Shown here: piece by piece, positions 14,577-28,234 of the stretch
How positions within the stretch are numbered: position 1 is the first letter of the stretch
Layout: every line of letters begins with the position of its first letter
From: Eledone cirrhosa
Taxonomy: Eukaryota
DNA length: 64,000 nucleotides
Assembly (NCBI GenBank): GCA_964016885.1
Contig: OZ024746.1
Span: 3,596,001 to 3,660,000, forward strand
Direction: 5' to 3'
The notes under the pieces: generated by a model
Seen by the model: the letters and a program-made list of their open reading frames with translations, nothing else
What the model was told of the DNA's origin: nothing
The model's database searches: none
Translations under genes and position numbers: made by a program

Positions 14577-15142
14577 CTTTGGGGTGTATGTGTGTGTGCG
14601 GGTATGTATGTAATGGTGGTATGCGTATACAACAATCTAAATTGCTGGCTGAGAATATATATAACAAGTTATCGTTATAGGTAATCCAGTTAGAGGCTGT
14701 CAGTACTCTGTGTCTTGGACAGTTAACGTACGGCTTTGTTTGACTCAACAAGATGTTTCCATAGTTAGGTAGTGAGTTCCCGAGAATTCCTAGGTAGGTT
14801 ATACTTGGAGTAATAATAGTGAAAGAATGAAGAGTAACATGGTTGGCTGAACAACAAGGGGCTTTATTTCATGTACTGACAATTGTTTCATTGATCAGGT
14901 GAGTCTAGCTAATCGCTCGAAGTTGCGTCACTCGATCTCCATTACATCTGTTCAAATCCTCGGAATATATATATATATATATATATATATAAAGGTAGAA
15001 CACTGGAAGGTAATATCCGTAGTGGTAGAGCACTCAGTCCATGGGACGAGTTTGGTAGATGTAGTAACACAACAGTTAGTTCACCATACCGAGAACAATT
15101 GTTAATTGTTCTCTGTATTTTGAACTAACTGTTGTGTTACTA

Positions 15143-15173
<31 letters not shown>

Positions 15174-15176
<3 letters not shown>

Positions 15177-15431
15177 TCCAAAGAATCATTAGATAAAATA
15201 TATACAGTATTTTCTCTCCCAATCAGTATAAATTAACCACACAAAAAATTATTTAAACGAGGCTATAAGTTTAAAATGTACTTATGAAGAAATAATAGAC
15301 AAATGATACAGATTCTTTTCCGCGTACATTTTAAACTTATAGCCTCGTTTAAATAATTTTCTGTGTGGTTGATTTATACTGATTGGGAGAGGAAATACTG
15401 TATATATTTTATCTAATGATTCTTTGGACTT
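15174..15431. repeat. Inverted repeat with ~108-bp arms and a ~42-bp spacer
   Basis: AAGTCCAAAGAATC...AAAATGTAC and its reverse complement. Confidence 0.85.
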
Positions 15432-15559
15432 ACATTTTTATAAATTGCTCTGATAAATAATTATTTAATTAATTCTTCATTGAGCCACACCGTGAATGGT
15501 TGCCAAACGCATATATGTATTTGTGACTTTGTCTAATTTATATATATATACCCTTTGAA

Positions 15560-15658
<99 letters not shown>

Positions 15659-16099
15659 GGTTAGTCGGCGCACTGGAGGAGTCGTTACAACGTCGGATAA
15701 AATCTTTGCTTTTCCTCTTTTCGAGGTCGATAAAAAAAGTACCAGTTTAATACTGGGGTCGATTCTTCCTCTATATCTCTTTCTCGTTTCCTCTCTCTCA
15801 CTTTCTATCTTTCTCTGGAAGAAATCCTCTGTACTCAGGCCTGGAGAGGCTTAAAATGGCCAAGAAACGTTATGTCAATACGGCGCCCCTACGACTCTAG
15901 CAGGAGTTACTGGATCATACATATAATACATATATAATGTAAAAGACCAATCATTTTCAACCAACCGATACAATGCGGTAGAGAAATACGAAGGGCAAAT
16001 GATTTATGCAATGTATTTAAATATGATATTTCAGGGCTAAAACACTCTTTTCAGATGTGAAGCGGAAACAGCTCAAAACAATGCATCATATTAACAACA

Positions 16100-16145
<46 letters not shown>

Positions 16146-16531
16146 ACTATCTGTATATAGTGTATATATATATACTGTATATATATATTTAAATCGAATA
16201 AACCAAAGTTTTAAAATCAAAACTATGTTTAATCTCACCAATTGTTTCTATACAGCTGAGAGTTGTGTAAATACATGTCAACAATGAAGCAATCTGTTAC
16301 AATTAATAACCATTCACATGGTATTAATCTTCATTTGGTCAGGAGAAAGAAAGAGTTAATTTATCACATCAAGTAGTAAGGATATTGGCAAACAATGAAA
16401 GAACTCAGAACTGATAAATGACAGGCTGAAGTAGTATTGGGAGGTTTCTGATGTATAGATATACAGTTTTTAGTGTGAGCATTAGTTATATACCTTACCA
16501 GAAATAATAGTGAACTCGTCCACTATAATTA

Positions 16532-16619
<88 letters not shown>

Positions 16620-16701
16620 CATCCCGGGTTCAATCGGGGGTAACAACAGTAAGGTAGTTTAATACTTCAATATATATGTACGTTAATATATATATATGTA
16701 T

Positions 16702-16775
<74 letters not shown>

Positions 16776-17097
16776 ATAATAATAAATATGAAGACTAAAA
16801 TCCGAAGAGGGCCCGACAAGGATAATATATATATATCAAAATATATAAAACTATATTTATTAAACAATATTTATTAAAATAACAGATTAAAGTTTAAGCA
16901 AAGGATCGCTGCTTTCTTCTCAGAAGATCCCGATATATATATATATATAACAAAGGAAATGTGGTAAGGGACCAGATGGACCATAACACACCAGAGTACT
17001 CAATACTTAGGGTAGTAGAGTGGGAATAGGAAAAAGTATGACCCCGACGGCAACGCTCAAGCCGTTTCGACGGCTCTTTCTGGACTATTGATTTTAG

Positions 17098-17770
17098 ATC
17101 CCCAGTCCCGGAAGAAGTTGATTAGTTGTTTACGGGCCCGGTCTGTACTACTGGGGTTGTATCCTTTGAGGGTGAGGAGCCCATCATCCCGGTACAATCC
17201 ACCGCCGAATGCAGGAAACATTTCGGTGAGTTTAAATAGTAGGAATAATCCTATAAATCTGTGACCTCGGCCGAATCCGTCGCGCCCATACTGACGTCGA
17301 AGGGGGAGTCGAGAGCTCTCTTTATCTACTTGGAGTTGTCGAAAAGTAGGACTGTCTTCCTGGCGTGGAGAATGATATTTCTTTCCTGGTCAGTGATGAG
17401 CGTGAGTGTTTCGGCAAAGTCAAAGGCGGCCGTAAGGAGCGGTAAGGTAATAGATGCATAGTAACTCTCTATGTCAAACTGGATGAATTTTGTGTCTCGT
17501 TTGTCCTCCATATTCCTGAACCATGAGATTACTTCCTGGGTGTTGACCCATAGGCTAAGTCTCACGTTTGCTTAACTTTTGGTATAACTCGGTCTAGGAT
17601 CTTTTTACTGATTCTCCCTATGTCCGACTTCGTTGGGTTTATAAGCCTAATGGATGGTTTGCGGTCGAAGTCGGATTTGCGGTCCTTCAGCGTGAAGTAG
17701 GGAGTCCGTGGGTCTAGGGGTTCAGTGCGGTCGGCGACCCCGAGGCGGGAGGTAATTTGATCTCCATCTC
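17098..17770 (-). pseudogene. Penelope-like element reverse transcriptase fragment (Naiad/Chlamys-type)
   Basis: TLKD...RLINPTKSDIGRISKKIL, FIQFDIESYYASI, FDVSMGATDSAEV and GLYRDDGL (~17180-17200), with stops and frameshifts. Flanked by inverted pLTR pieces at 16948-17097 and 17771-17812. Confidence 0.85.
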
Positions 17771-17811
17771 GTCGAAACGGCTTGAGCTCTGCCGTCGGGG
17801 TCATACTTTTT

Positions 17812-17862
<51 letters not shown>

Positions 17863-17867
<5 letters not shown>

Positions 17868-19600
17868 ACCCTCTTGCAGTGTATCGATGTATGAGGGTTC
17901 AACAGGTTTCTCAGTTCTTTATTTTATGGTTATACCGTAAATGGCACTTCAGTCAAGCTGCATTTAGTGCTGATGACAGGATTTTGAGCAGGATGGAATG
18001 TTTGATCGAATCTTGGTGTTAGATCTTAGATCATGAAGATGGACCAGACTATATTTTAAAAAGTTCTTTATACCTTCATGGCAGACAGGTCTCCACTCTC
18101 CACGGTCTAGGACTTCAAAGAAGTAAGAGGTATGTTCACAGATTTAAGATTGTACTTCAGTTTGTTTTTATATATGAGTAATGGTCTGCTTATATTACGT
18201 GCACCATTCTGAAGTTGACTGTATGTTGGGTGTGCGTTCTTCAGTCATCCGTAGGACATGACCAGACCATCTGAGTTGGGATTTCATCAGAATTGACTCA
18301 ATCTCACCGATGCTGCAGCTCATGAACACATTGGTATCGGAGACTCTATCAGAAAGAGCATAACACCAGACAGAGCGAACAGAATGTTTGTGGAAGACAT
18401 CAAGCTTATAAATGTGGGTGCAATAAAGTGTCCATGACTCCGATTAATATAAAGTGTTGTCAGTATCACTGCACGATAAACTGCAACCCTTCGTTTTCAG
18501 GGCGATACCTCTGACACCCTCCAGACGATGATGAAATATACCAAAGATGCAATTGATGATCTCATCATCCAGGGATGCAGAGCGGTTCACTTTGCTGCCA
18601 AGGTAAGTAAAGGAGTTAACATACTTCAGATACTTTCCATCAACAGTTATGGGAACATGAGGATGCCCCTGTCCTGGGGGTGATTGGTCTTTGTAGATGT
18701 ACCACCTCAGTTTTCTTAACACTGAAAACCAAAATGCCTTACAGACAACGAGAAGTAGTTCCTCAATTCTTGTCTCTTCGAGGGATATTGTAACAAGTCC
18801 AGCAGGATCAATAAACAGTAAATCACGAATAACATTTGTTCGTGTAAGTGTTTTAGCCATAAAATCTTGATGGTTGAATAACCCACCTGGTGCAGGGAAT
18901 ACAAATCTGACACCAGTGTCTAAATCACCAAATGTATACTGGAGTATTACAGAGAAGAACAAACCAAAGACAACAGGATCATGACAAATTATTGCTTCGT
19001 ACTGTTTGTGATACCAAAGGGGTCAGAGAATTCGCTTCATGAAAAGACATAATAGTATTCAGCATATTGTCAGGTGTGCCAAGCTTTTGGTGGATTTTCC
19101 AGAGATCTTTGCGACTGACAGTGCCAAAGGCTTTGGTCAAGTCGACAAACACCATAAACAGTTTCTGTTTCTTTTTACGAACCTTCTCTGCAACCTAGAA
19201 AAGGTAGATACTCATGTCAATAGTACCTCGACCTGTGTGGAATCTACATTGTTTTTCAGAGTAGATATCATCAACAAGTGTGGATATAATTCTGTTGGGA
19301 ATGACAAGTACTTTACTGGCAACACAGAGAAAGGACATTCAGTAAGAGTTGTCACAGATAAACTTTTACCTTTGTTCCTGAAGAGATGGATTATATATGC
19401 ATCTCTGAAGTCTTGAGAGACAAATTCGATCTTCCAGATTTCCAGAAATAGCCAAACAAGGTTTGATCACCACATTTGAAAATTTCTTTACCTGGAGGTT
19501 TATTGGATGACCGTTGCTTGACAGCGGCTTGTACTTCATTTAAGCTTGGGTTGAATACAAATTCGAGTATCTTAAATTCGAGCTTTTACGACCTTTGATC
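17863..19600 (-). mobile_element. Degenerate RTE-clade (BovB-like) LINE, 3' half
   Basis: Remnants include VFVDLTKAFGTV, IRDLLF, FTYLGS...SLDDEI and a QLRWSGH-like motif, with many frameshifts. Confidence 0.8.
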
Positions 19601-19919
19601 AGCTTTGTTTGTCTATAGTGTTGTACCACCAAAGGATAGAACAAGATTTATATAAATATATAAATATATATATATATATAATATATGTCTGATAATGTTG
19701 GTGTACATACATGTATATATATATATATATATAGATATATAGATATAGATATAGATATAGATAAATATACACGGGTGTGTATGATTGTGTATAGAAGATT
19801 ATATTAATAAAAGGAATTCCAACTTTGTCTGATTTACTCGTTTTATTTACAATCCTTTAAAATTTATAATAGTATTATAATGAAATAGTATGGTAGAATA
19901 TTAAATGTTAAGTGTTAAT

Positions 19920-19958
19920 TGAACAAGTACTTTCATGCTTTCGCAATCTTCAGGTTCA
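19920..19958 (-). ncRNA. Minimal type I hammerhead ribozyme in a PLE pLTR
   Basis: TGAAC-CTGAAGA-T.TGC.GAAA.GCA.T-GAA-AGTACT-T-GTTCA. Helix I is 5 bp, the core is complete, helix II has a GNRA loop and helix III is palindromic. Confidence 0.85.
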
Positions 19959-20096
19959 TATTGTGTGGTGACAGTCAAGTTTGCAATTTTCAACAGTTGA
20001 AAATTGCAAACTTGACTGTCACCACACAATATGAATTCCTCTTATTAATATAATCTTCTATACACAATCATACACACCCGTGTATATTTATCTATA

Positions 20097-20287
<191 letters not shown>

Positions 20288-20289
20288 TT

Positions 20290-20427
20290 GATATTTGACA
20301 ATATTTGCGATGCATGGTATTGCTGACCACAGGCAAGTCCCTAGCTGGAGCAAACCCCACGTCTGTGATGCTCATGCTTAAGTATCAAGCGATGGCATTA
20401 CACGAAATCGTGTTGCAGCTATCACCA
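20290..20427 (+). mobile_element. 3' end of another RTE-like family; related copy at ~59486-59625 on the minus strand
   Basis: Shared ATGCTCATGCTTAAGTATCAAGC...GTTGCAGC end, KSLAG-like zinc-finger remnant and CAT-repeat tail. Confidence 0.55.
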
Positions 20428-20848
20428 TATATGATATATATGATACACACACACACACACACATACACACATGTACGCATATATATATATATGTATGCAT
20501 ACATATACAGACAGCCAGACAGATACACACACATACATAACAATAGAAATAAAATGTATATACGAAGAATGAAATTGGTAACAAAATAATCAAGAATGGA
20601 CACGCTTGTCTTTTTAAAACACACACATATTCACACACACAATGACCTAAACACATACACACACACTTTTAAAAATACACACATACATGTACTTACACAG
20701 ACATAGACATACACACACATGCACTTACCAACACACAGACACACACAACATGATCGCATGAAACATTTAGATGTGATATCATATTCTCTTATAACAAGCT
20801 GCACACGCACCTCTACAAAATGTTTAACAAAGTCTCGAGTTTTTTGAC

Positions 20849-21023
20849 AAAAAGAAAAGAAAAGAAAAGAAAAGAAAAGAAAAGAAAAGAAAAGAAAAGA
20901 AAAGAAAAGAAAAGAAAAGAAAAGAAAAGAAAAGAAAAGAAAAGAAAAGAAAAGAAAAGAAAAGAAAAGAAAAGAAAAGAAAAGAAAAGAAAAGAAAAGA
21001 AAAGAAAAGAAAAGAAAAGAAAA
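20849..21023. repeat. (AAAAG)n pentanucleotide array
   Basis: Direct reading of the sequence. Confidence 0.97.
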
Positions 21024-21191
21024 AATCTAGCAAAAAAGCAACAACAAAAATAAAAACAGTAGCAAAAACAACAAATAAGTCACACACACACATGTATTTA
21101 TATTTACATGTATAAACATATCAATCATTGAGGTTAAAAACGTTTGAATATTTATATATGGCATATATGATATATATGATATATATGTATG

Positions 21192-21746
21192 TTATCTCTT
21201 TCTCTTAATTTCGAGTATATTTTTTTGACCGGCCACCTTCCTGGTGGCAAGGTTGTAAAAGAAAAGACATTGTCATCCCTTGAATCGCAAGAATATTTTG
21301 CTATCGCAAGAATATTTTGCTATCGCAGCCATTTGTAGACTATGAATTAGGGAGCTGCGCTCTTGTTCGCAAATCCAAGTTCAGTCATACTTTGGTCCAA
21401 GCGGGTTGGTATATAACTCGTAGCTCCAATAATGATGGGTATGAAGCTAAAGGTGTATCTTGGATACTGGATTTGTAAACTCCTCATCAATGGTCCGTAG
21501 CTGTCCTTCCCCTGTATTTTTCTGACAATGTTTACATCAAGTGGGCAGCTGATATCCACAACAGAACACGTTTTCAATGTGTGGTCCCAAACAACAATAT
21601 CAGGCCGGTTGTGCTTTAATTTGGTGGCAGTTTTTAATTTCAGGTTCCACCAGTATTCCTTAGTGCCATCTGTCTCAATATATTCTTCCTCGTTTGTTGT
21701 TAATTTTGTTGTCCGAAGTGCGTTCCAGATGGTTCTAGCTATCCCA
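21192..21746 (-). mobile_element. RLE family A 3' fragment
   Basis: Near-identical to 61845-62401 apart from a deletion/duplication near 21300. Flanked by (CATA)n on the element strand. Confidence 0.9.
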
Positions 21747-21804
21747 TGTATGTATGTATGTATGTATGTATGTATGTATGTATGTATGTATGTATGTATG
21801 TATG

Positions 21805-21855
<51 letters not shown>

Positions 21856-21862
<7 letters not shown>

Positions 21863-22362
21863 TAATTTCAGCGAGGTCGGATTTCGGTATACAAGGATGC
21901 AATTCACTTCTAGCACTCAACGCCATATTCCCAATGACAGGGGTGGCAGAGTATATTAATAGAGATGAAAATGCGAAGTTGAAGGTGTTAGAGTCCTGTA
22001 TTATTTGAGCTGTTATATATATATTTCAATGACGATAAACATGACGATAAACATTTCAATGACTTAAAAAAAATGTTTTTGCTTTGGTGGAATGGGGCGG
22101 ACGACCAAATCAAAAACATTTTTTTTTAGTCCGCTCCCTTCCAAATAAAATTGCCTCAGAACTGTTACTTCTGAAGAGATCACCATGTCTATCGTCATTG
22201 AAATATATATAACAGCTCAAATAATAAAGGACTCTAACACCTCCAACTTCGCATTTTTATCTCTATTAATATACTCTGCCACCCCTGTCATTGGGAATAT
22301 GGCGTTGAGTGCTAGAAGTGAATTGCATCCTTGTATACCGAAATCCGACCTCGCTGAAATTA

Positions 22363-22367
<5 letters not shown>
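21856..22367. repeat. Inverted repeat with ~190-bp arms and an inner hairpin (probable PLE pLTR)
   Basis: 21856-22050 is the reverse complement of ~22188-22367. A CTGAAGA...GAAATATAT motif lies at 22171-22215. Confidence 0.75.
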
Positions 22368-22442
<75 letters not shown>

Positions 22443-22496
22443 CATACATACATACATACATACATACATACATACATACATACATACATACATACA

Positions 22497-22945
22497 TGGT
22501 GGCTGCCAACTCGTTTTCGAGTATGGCCACTACTTTATATCCATGTAGGAGAACTCCTACCGATGCGCTGAACGAATGTGACTTTAGTCCAGCCAGCGAC
22601 TTGAAAACTCTGGTACAAACACTACACTTGTGACAATTATTGACCCATAGTGCTAGGCCCATGGTACCATGTGACGACAAGTGCAGAGAGATCTCCAGAT
22701 ATAAAGCAATGCCTGTGCCGTGAAGCTTTTATAGTGAGCAAAGGCACTGCACAAAGCCAGTCCCACTCTCTTAACCAAGATGATATTTACCAAAAAGAAG
22801 AACAAGTCAACATCATTGGATACCATTAGAGTTGCAGGTGTTATATCAGAGTTTTCCTTCTCCTAGAATTCTGCCTTGACAAAGGCTAAGGGGTCATCTC
22901 TCCCGGTGATTTTGGATGGCCATTGACTCTTAAGAGCTCCTTTGC
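22497..22945 (-). mobile_element. 5'-truncated copy of the RTE-derived element
   Basis: Reverse complement of ~55373-55823. (CATA)n on both sides. Confidence 0.7.
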
Positions 22946-23000
22946 CCATACATACATACATACATACATACATACATACATACATACATACATACATACA

Positions 23001-23207
23001 TGGGATAGCTAGAACCATCTGGAACGCACTTCGGACAACAAAATTAACAACAAACGAGGAAGAATATATTGAGACAGATGGCACTAAGGAATACTGGTGG
23101 AACCTGAAATTAAAAACTGCCACCAAATTAAAGCACAACCGGCCTGATATTGTTGTTTGGGACCACACATTGAAAACGTGTTCTGTTGTGGATATCAGCT
23201 GCCCACT
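23001..23207 (+). mobile_element. RLE family A fragment, inverted duplicate of 21540-21746
   Basis: Same 5' breakpoint (TGGGATAGC) and same private variants as the 21 kb copy. Confidence 0.88.
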
Positions 23208-23633
23208 ATATATATATATACTTGTGTATAATGGTAGCTATGGTGCTTCCATAGGCGGTATGCCAAAATTAGCACTCGATATTCAGCAGAGTAGAGTGTA
23301 GATAGTATAGAGAAAACGAAAAATCAGTGATGCTTCTGGACTCAATTTATTGCGTGTTACAATTGTTTCGCCGGCAGGTAGCTCGAGACATGGTCCCTGT
23401 ATGGATCTGGCTGATTCTACGGCTGCAGGTTCCTTCAGACACGGGTAATTCGTTCGGAGCAAATTTTCCGAACGAAATACCCGTGGCCCTTGAAATATGT
23501 ATAATGAAATAAATATGGTTTTATAAATATAGTTTCCATTTGTTAATATATTGTATTTACTCCAATAATTTATTGAGTGCTCAGTTATAAAAATATTTTG
23601 CTTGTTGTATCCCAACAAATTAAATATAACCTC

Positions 23634-23681
<48 letters not shown>

Positions 23682-23685
<4 letters not shown>

Positions 23686-24095
23686 CTGACCTCTTCCTCA
23701 CACTTCCACTCACCCACTCTCTGTTTCTCCCCTTCTCACTTCCTCCCGTTTGGCTTGTAGTGGGTCTCTTCTTGCTTACATCTCACTCACAGCGGACGGT
23801 CTGTACCTCTCTCGCTCATGAAATCCACCCAGTTTATGCTGACCGGACAACCATGTTGCTTGTTTATTTTCCTATCTTTGGTTTGCTTTTATCCTTCTAT
23901 GTTGTTTACTTGTCCCCCTCGCTTTACGCGAATTACTGGTCCCAATAACTTTTTTTAGTTATTGATCGCACCAACCTGAGGTATCTGATTTTTAATGCGA
24001 TGAAATACCAATGATGGTTGGAAAATCACTGACGAAGGACTATTTTTACCATATGTAACCCATGTGCAAACCACGCAGTATTCTTCTTTCTTCTC

Positions 24096-24098
<3 letters not shown>
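23682..24098 (+). mobile_element. Dispersed repeat family P4 (probable PLE pLTR); minus-strand copies at ~38362-38815, 40925-41470 and 43230-43320
   Basis: Shared GCACCAACCTGAGGTAT...GAAATACCAATGATGGTTGG...CTGAYGA...GTAACCCATGTGCAACCACGCAG. All copies abut (TA)n. Confidence 0.6.
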
Positions 24099-24662
<564 letters not shown>

Positions 24663-25149
24663 TGTCTGTTGACACCTAGAATATAGCTTAAGAGAAATAT
24701 GACAATAATTGTTTCTACTTTTGGCACAAGGCCAGCAATTACCCAGTGCATTACTGGTATTTTATTTTATCGACCCCGTAAGGATGAAAGGCAAAGTCAA
24801 CCTCGGCGGAGAAATAGAATTCTCTTGGCCTGTGTCACTCTAAGTAGAGCTTTAAAGAATTAGCTTTTAAAGAATTCCCCTTTTCTTTAAATCCATCAAC
24901 GATGGACACCTGAAATATAGGCATTGTTAGCTTAAGAGAAACTTAAAAATAAGGAGTGGCACCCCAATCTGAACTTGTTTATAGAATCCTTTCTGCCTTT
25001 GTCACTCTAAATATAAATTATAGCTTTGAAGAATTAGCTTTTAATGAATTCCCTTTTCTTTCAACCAATGACCTCCACCCATCCCACTCCCCACCCTCAC
25101 CTACCACCTGAAAAGATATAAATACCACAACATTTATTTTTGGACAGCC

Positions 25150-25200
25150 AGATTCCTGATGATTTCTAAAGAATGAAACAGTTCTAATCCTGTAGAATCT
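25150..25200 (+). ncRNA. Type I hammerhead ribozyme in a PLE pLTR
   Basis: AGATTC-CTGATGA-T.TTC.TAAA.GAA.T-GAA-ACAG.TTCTAATC.CTGT-A-GAATCT. All three helices pair, with a GUA cleavage triplet. Confidence 0.87.
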
Positions 25201-25354
25201 CATCTATATTAAAACTTTTATACTCTACTATGTATTGAGTACCTTACTTACTGTGGTTACCTCCGATTCAACCCGGAATAACTTACCTATATATATATGT
25301 ATATAGAGTGCTCAAACGGCATACCGCTTATGGACGCATCCAAGCAACCTTACT

Positions 25355-25424
<70 letters not shown>

Positions 25425-25472
25425 GACCAATAATAACCTTACTATATAACAACTATATAACAACTATATAAC

Positions 25473-25564
<92 letters not shown>

Positions 25565-25623
25565 CATCATATACTCACATTCTTTCGTGTACAACAATGG
25601 ATAAAATCTACCTCCACCCAGCT

Positions 25624-25705
<82 letters not shown>

Positions 25706-26003
25706 TTATATACACATATGTATATACAGGTCTGTACAAAAAGGTTAAAAGGACCAGGCCGAACGTAGGATGAAAGCCTTAAAGGATGTTGATTCACTCA
25801 GGGTAGTTGTGATAGGTGGGCCCTCATTAACTATTTAAGACACCAGAGCTAAATATATATGGTTACAGGTATACAGATTACAGGTATTTTCAAGTACATA
25901 TAGTGTATGGAATATACAAGAACTAGATTGGATCCCCTCAAAGTCGCAGGCTCATGTCCACTCACCCGTATATCCCTCCACACTCGTTTGGCATGTGATT
26001 GTG

Positions 26004-26060
<57 letters not shown>

Positions 26061-26284
26061 CTCTATCAGTCGTGTGTCACTTCGCGGAGAAGTTTCCGTT
26101 AATTTATGTAAGGAAAAAACGTGAGTTTTTAGTTCAATTTTATATCATTGTGTAACTTGACCACCCGTCTGGACCTTCAGGTGGTGGGTCAACTCATTTT
26201 CGCCCCTTCAGGGGCGGAATATCCATTTAAAAAATTTTTCTCCATCGAATCTTGGAAAAAATATTGTAAAATTTTGATTACGTT

Positions 26285-28201
26285 ATGAACGCTGCGTCCA
26301 ACGATAATGGTGGTGGAGAGGCGGTAAGACTACAAAGCTCGCAGTCAACAACGTCTTCTTCACTAGATACTATAGAGATGGAAAGACAAAATGAAAATAA
26401 AAAAACGAATTCACATCCAAACAACACAAATGACACCAAACAGCTCAATGACAACAAAAATAACAGCAAAACCAATAATGATGATAAAAGCAACAATGAT
26501 AACAACAACAAAGAAAAAAATAATGACAACGCCAATAACACCAGCATCAAAGACAACAACAACACCAAGGAAAATACGGATGATACCAACATCGGTGACA
26601 ACAAGAATAACAACAAGAATAACAACAATAATGACAACACCACCAATACGGATTCCACAAAGAAACCAAAAATCTCCTTTGCGGAGAAAGTTCAAAAGAA
26701 AGAACAATTGATATATCTCGACATAACAAATGCTGAACACCTTTTAAAGGACGCTAAGAGATATGTCACCTTCGAAAAAAATGGTGCTTTCAGCATCAAT
26801 TCTCCGGTAGAAATTCGCAAGGAAACTGCTCTCAAAACGATAGTTTTTAGGACAGTTTCCAATTCTACCCGAAAACCAGTCCAATTGTCACAGAAAGATA
26901 TTGAACTGGTTTTCAAAGATTCAATGAATGATATTGCATTCATTCAAAGAAGCAAACTTTTTGGGAGTATTTCGGTACTGATGAAGGATCAATTGACGGC
27001 CCAAAATTACTCTGTGTCGCCAATTGTATCCAACCTGTACACCTTTTTCCCTACATACATGGGAAAAAGGACACAAAAGATCAGAATCACAAGTGTCACA
27101 CCAAAGGTGAACATATGGTGGATACTGTGCGGCTTCATCAATTTTGATGAAGACAGAATACTGTCAGTAGGCAAGTCCCCCAGAGATGTATTCAATGGGA
27201 CTAGCATTGAAGTTCTGGTGCAAATGAGCCCAGAGCGAATAGCTATGATCCCACAGCGTGTACTCCTGGACGGACTTACCTACATAAACCTTTCGGTTGA
27301 GGGTAGGCGGCCTTCATGTTACCATTGCTTTAGCAGGGGTCACCTGAGGGCTTCCTGTCCTAAACTAATGAACCAAAAAAAGGCTCTTCTGCCAACACCC
27401 ATCAAAACAACACAACCACCAACACCACCACTACAACAACAACACCAACACACAAAAATAACCACAACAAACACAGTCCCACCCAACCTCACTCCACCTA
27501 AAACCACTGCAAAATCACATACAGACACAACAGCTCCCCAAGACATACCCCTCCCCAATCACACAGACGATACAACAGATGAGGCTATCTCGCCATCACC
27601 CAGTGAAGACGAGGGAGAACCCCATCGCTCGAAAAGAAAGAAAAGACATCACAAAAGCAAAAAACCAGTAAACACTACCACAAACATACAACCACCAACA
27701 CAAACAACAAAAATATCACAAACAAAACCCCCACTTCCTGAAAACAAAATACCTACAACAAAACGAAAGCACACACAAGAACTACAGACAAAAACAAACA
27801 CAACACAAGAAAATTACACTTACACTTACATAAACACTGAAAACAAAACACTAATGGAGACCATTACGAACGACCCTTCGGTTTTCACCGAAGGGAAAAC
27901 TTTCGCCCACTCTATAAAAAATAGCAAAAAAATGAACCTAAAACTGATTAGGGTCCCTATACAAACTTATAGGTCCCTAAAAGAAACATTTGAGAAGGAT
28001 GTGGGGAATTCCTGCGTGAAACCACTCAACCGCGTCCTTCTCAAATGCCTCCCCACCCCAGACACCCCCATCCCACCAGACCCCACCCCACCAAACATCT
28101 GCGTCCCCACCCCACCGGAAACCACCACCCATCCAGACAACCCCTCCAACACCCCCATGGAAATCGTGCGGCCTGGTCCCCAGGAGGCGAAGGGTGAGTG
28201 A
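26285..28201 (+). CDS. Tx1 ORF1 (gag-like nucleic-acid-binding protein, 638 aa)
   Basis: Asn-rich N-terminus, SFAEKV motif, CX2CX4HX4C zinc knuckle (CYHCFSRGHLRASC) and Thr/Pro-rich C-terminus. Stop codon lies 33 nt before ORF2. Confidence 0.88.
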   Translation: MNAASNDNGGGEAVRLQSSQSTTSSSLDTIEMERQNENKKTNSHPNNTNDTKQLNDNKNNSKTNNDDKSNNDNNNKEKNNDNANNTSIKDNNNTKENTDDTNIGDNKNNNKNNNNNDNTTNTDSTKKPKISFAEKVQKKEQLIYLDITNAEHLLKDAKRYVTFEKNGAFSINSPVEIRKETALKTIVFRTVSNSTRKPVQLSQKDIELVFKDSMNDIAFIQRSKLFGSISVLMKDQLTAQNYSVSPIVSNLYTFFPTYMGKRTQKIRITSVTPKVNIWWILCGFINFDEDRILSVGKSPRDVFNGTSIEVLVQMSPERIAMIPQRVLLDGLTYINLSVEGRRPSCYHCFSRGHLRASCPKLMNQKKALLPTPIKTTQPPTPPLQQQHQHTKITTTNTVPPNLTPPKTTAKSHTDTTAPQDIPLPNHTDDTTDEAISPSPSEDEGEPHRSKRKKRHHKSKKPVNTTTNIQPPTQTTKISQTKPPLPENKIPTTKRKHTQELQTKTNTTQENYTYTYINTENKTLMETITNDPSVFTEGKTFAHSIKNSKKMNLKLIRVPIQTYRSLKETFEKDVGNSCVKPLNRVLLKCLPTPDTPIPPDPTPPNICVPTPPETTTHPDNPSNTPMEIVRPGPQEAKGE

Positions 28202-28234
28202 TCTCTTTTCCTCTTTTAACTTTTCAGCACCAAC

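Noticed and set aside
23968-24040. Hammerhead in family P4
   Set aside because: CCAAC/GTTGG could pair, but the core reads CTGAGGT and the cleavage position would be G. The second CTGAYGA has no GAAA partner.
28194-28227. Mini-intron creating an ORF1-ORF2 fusion protein
   Set aside because: Its removal puts ORF2 out of frame with a stop after six codons, and 34 nt is very short for a spliceosomal intron.
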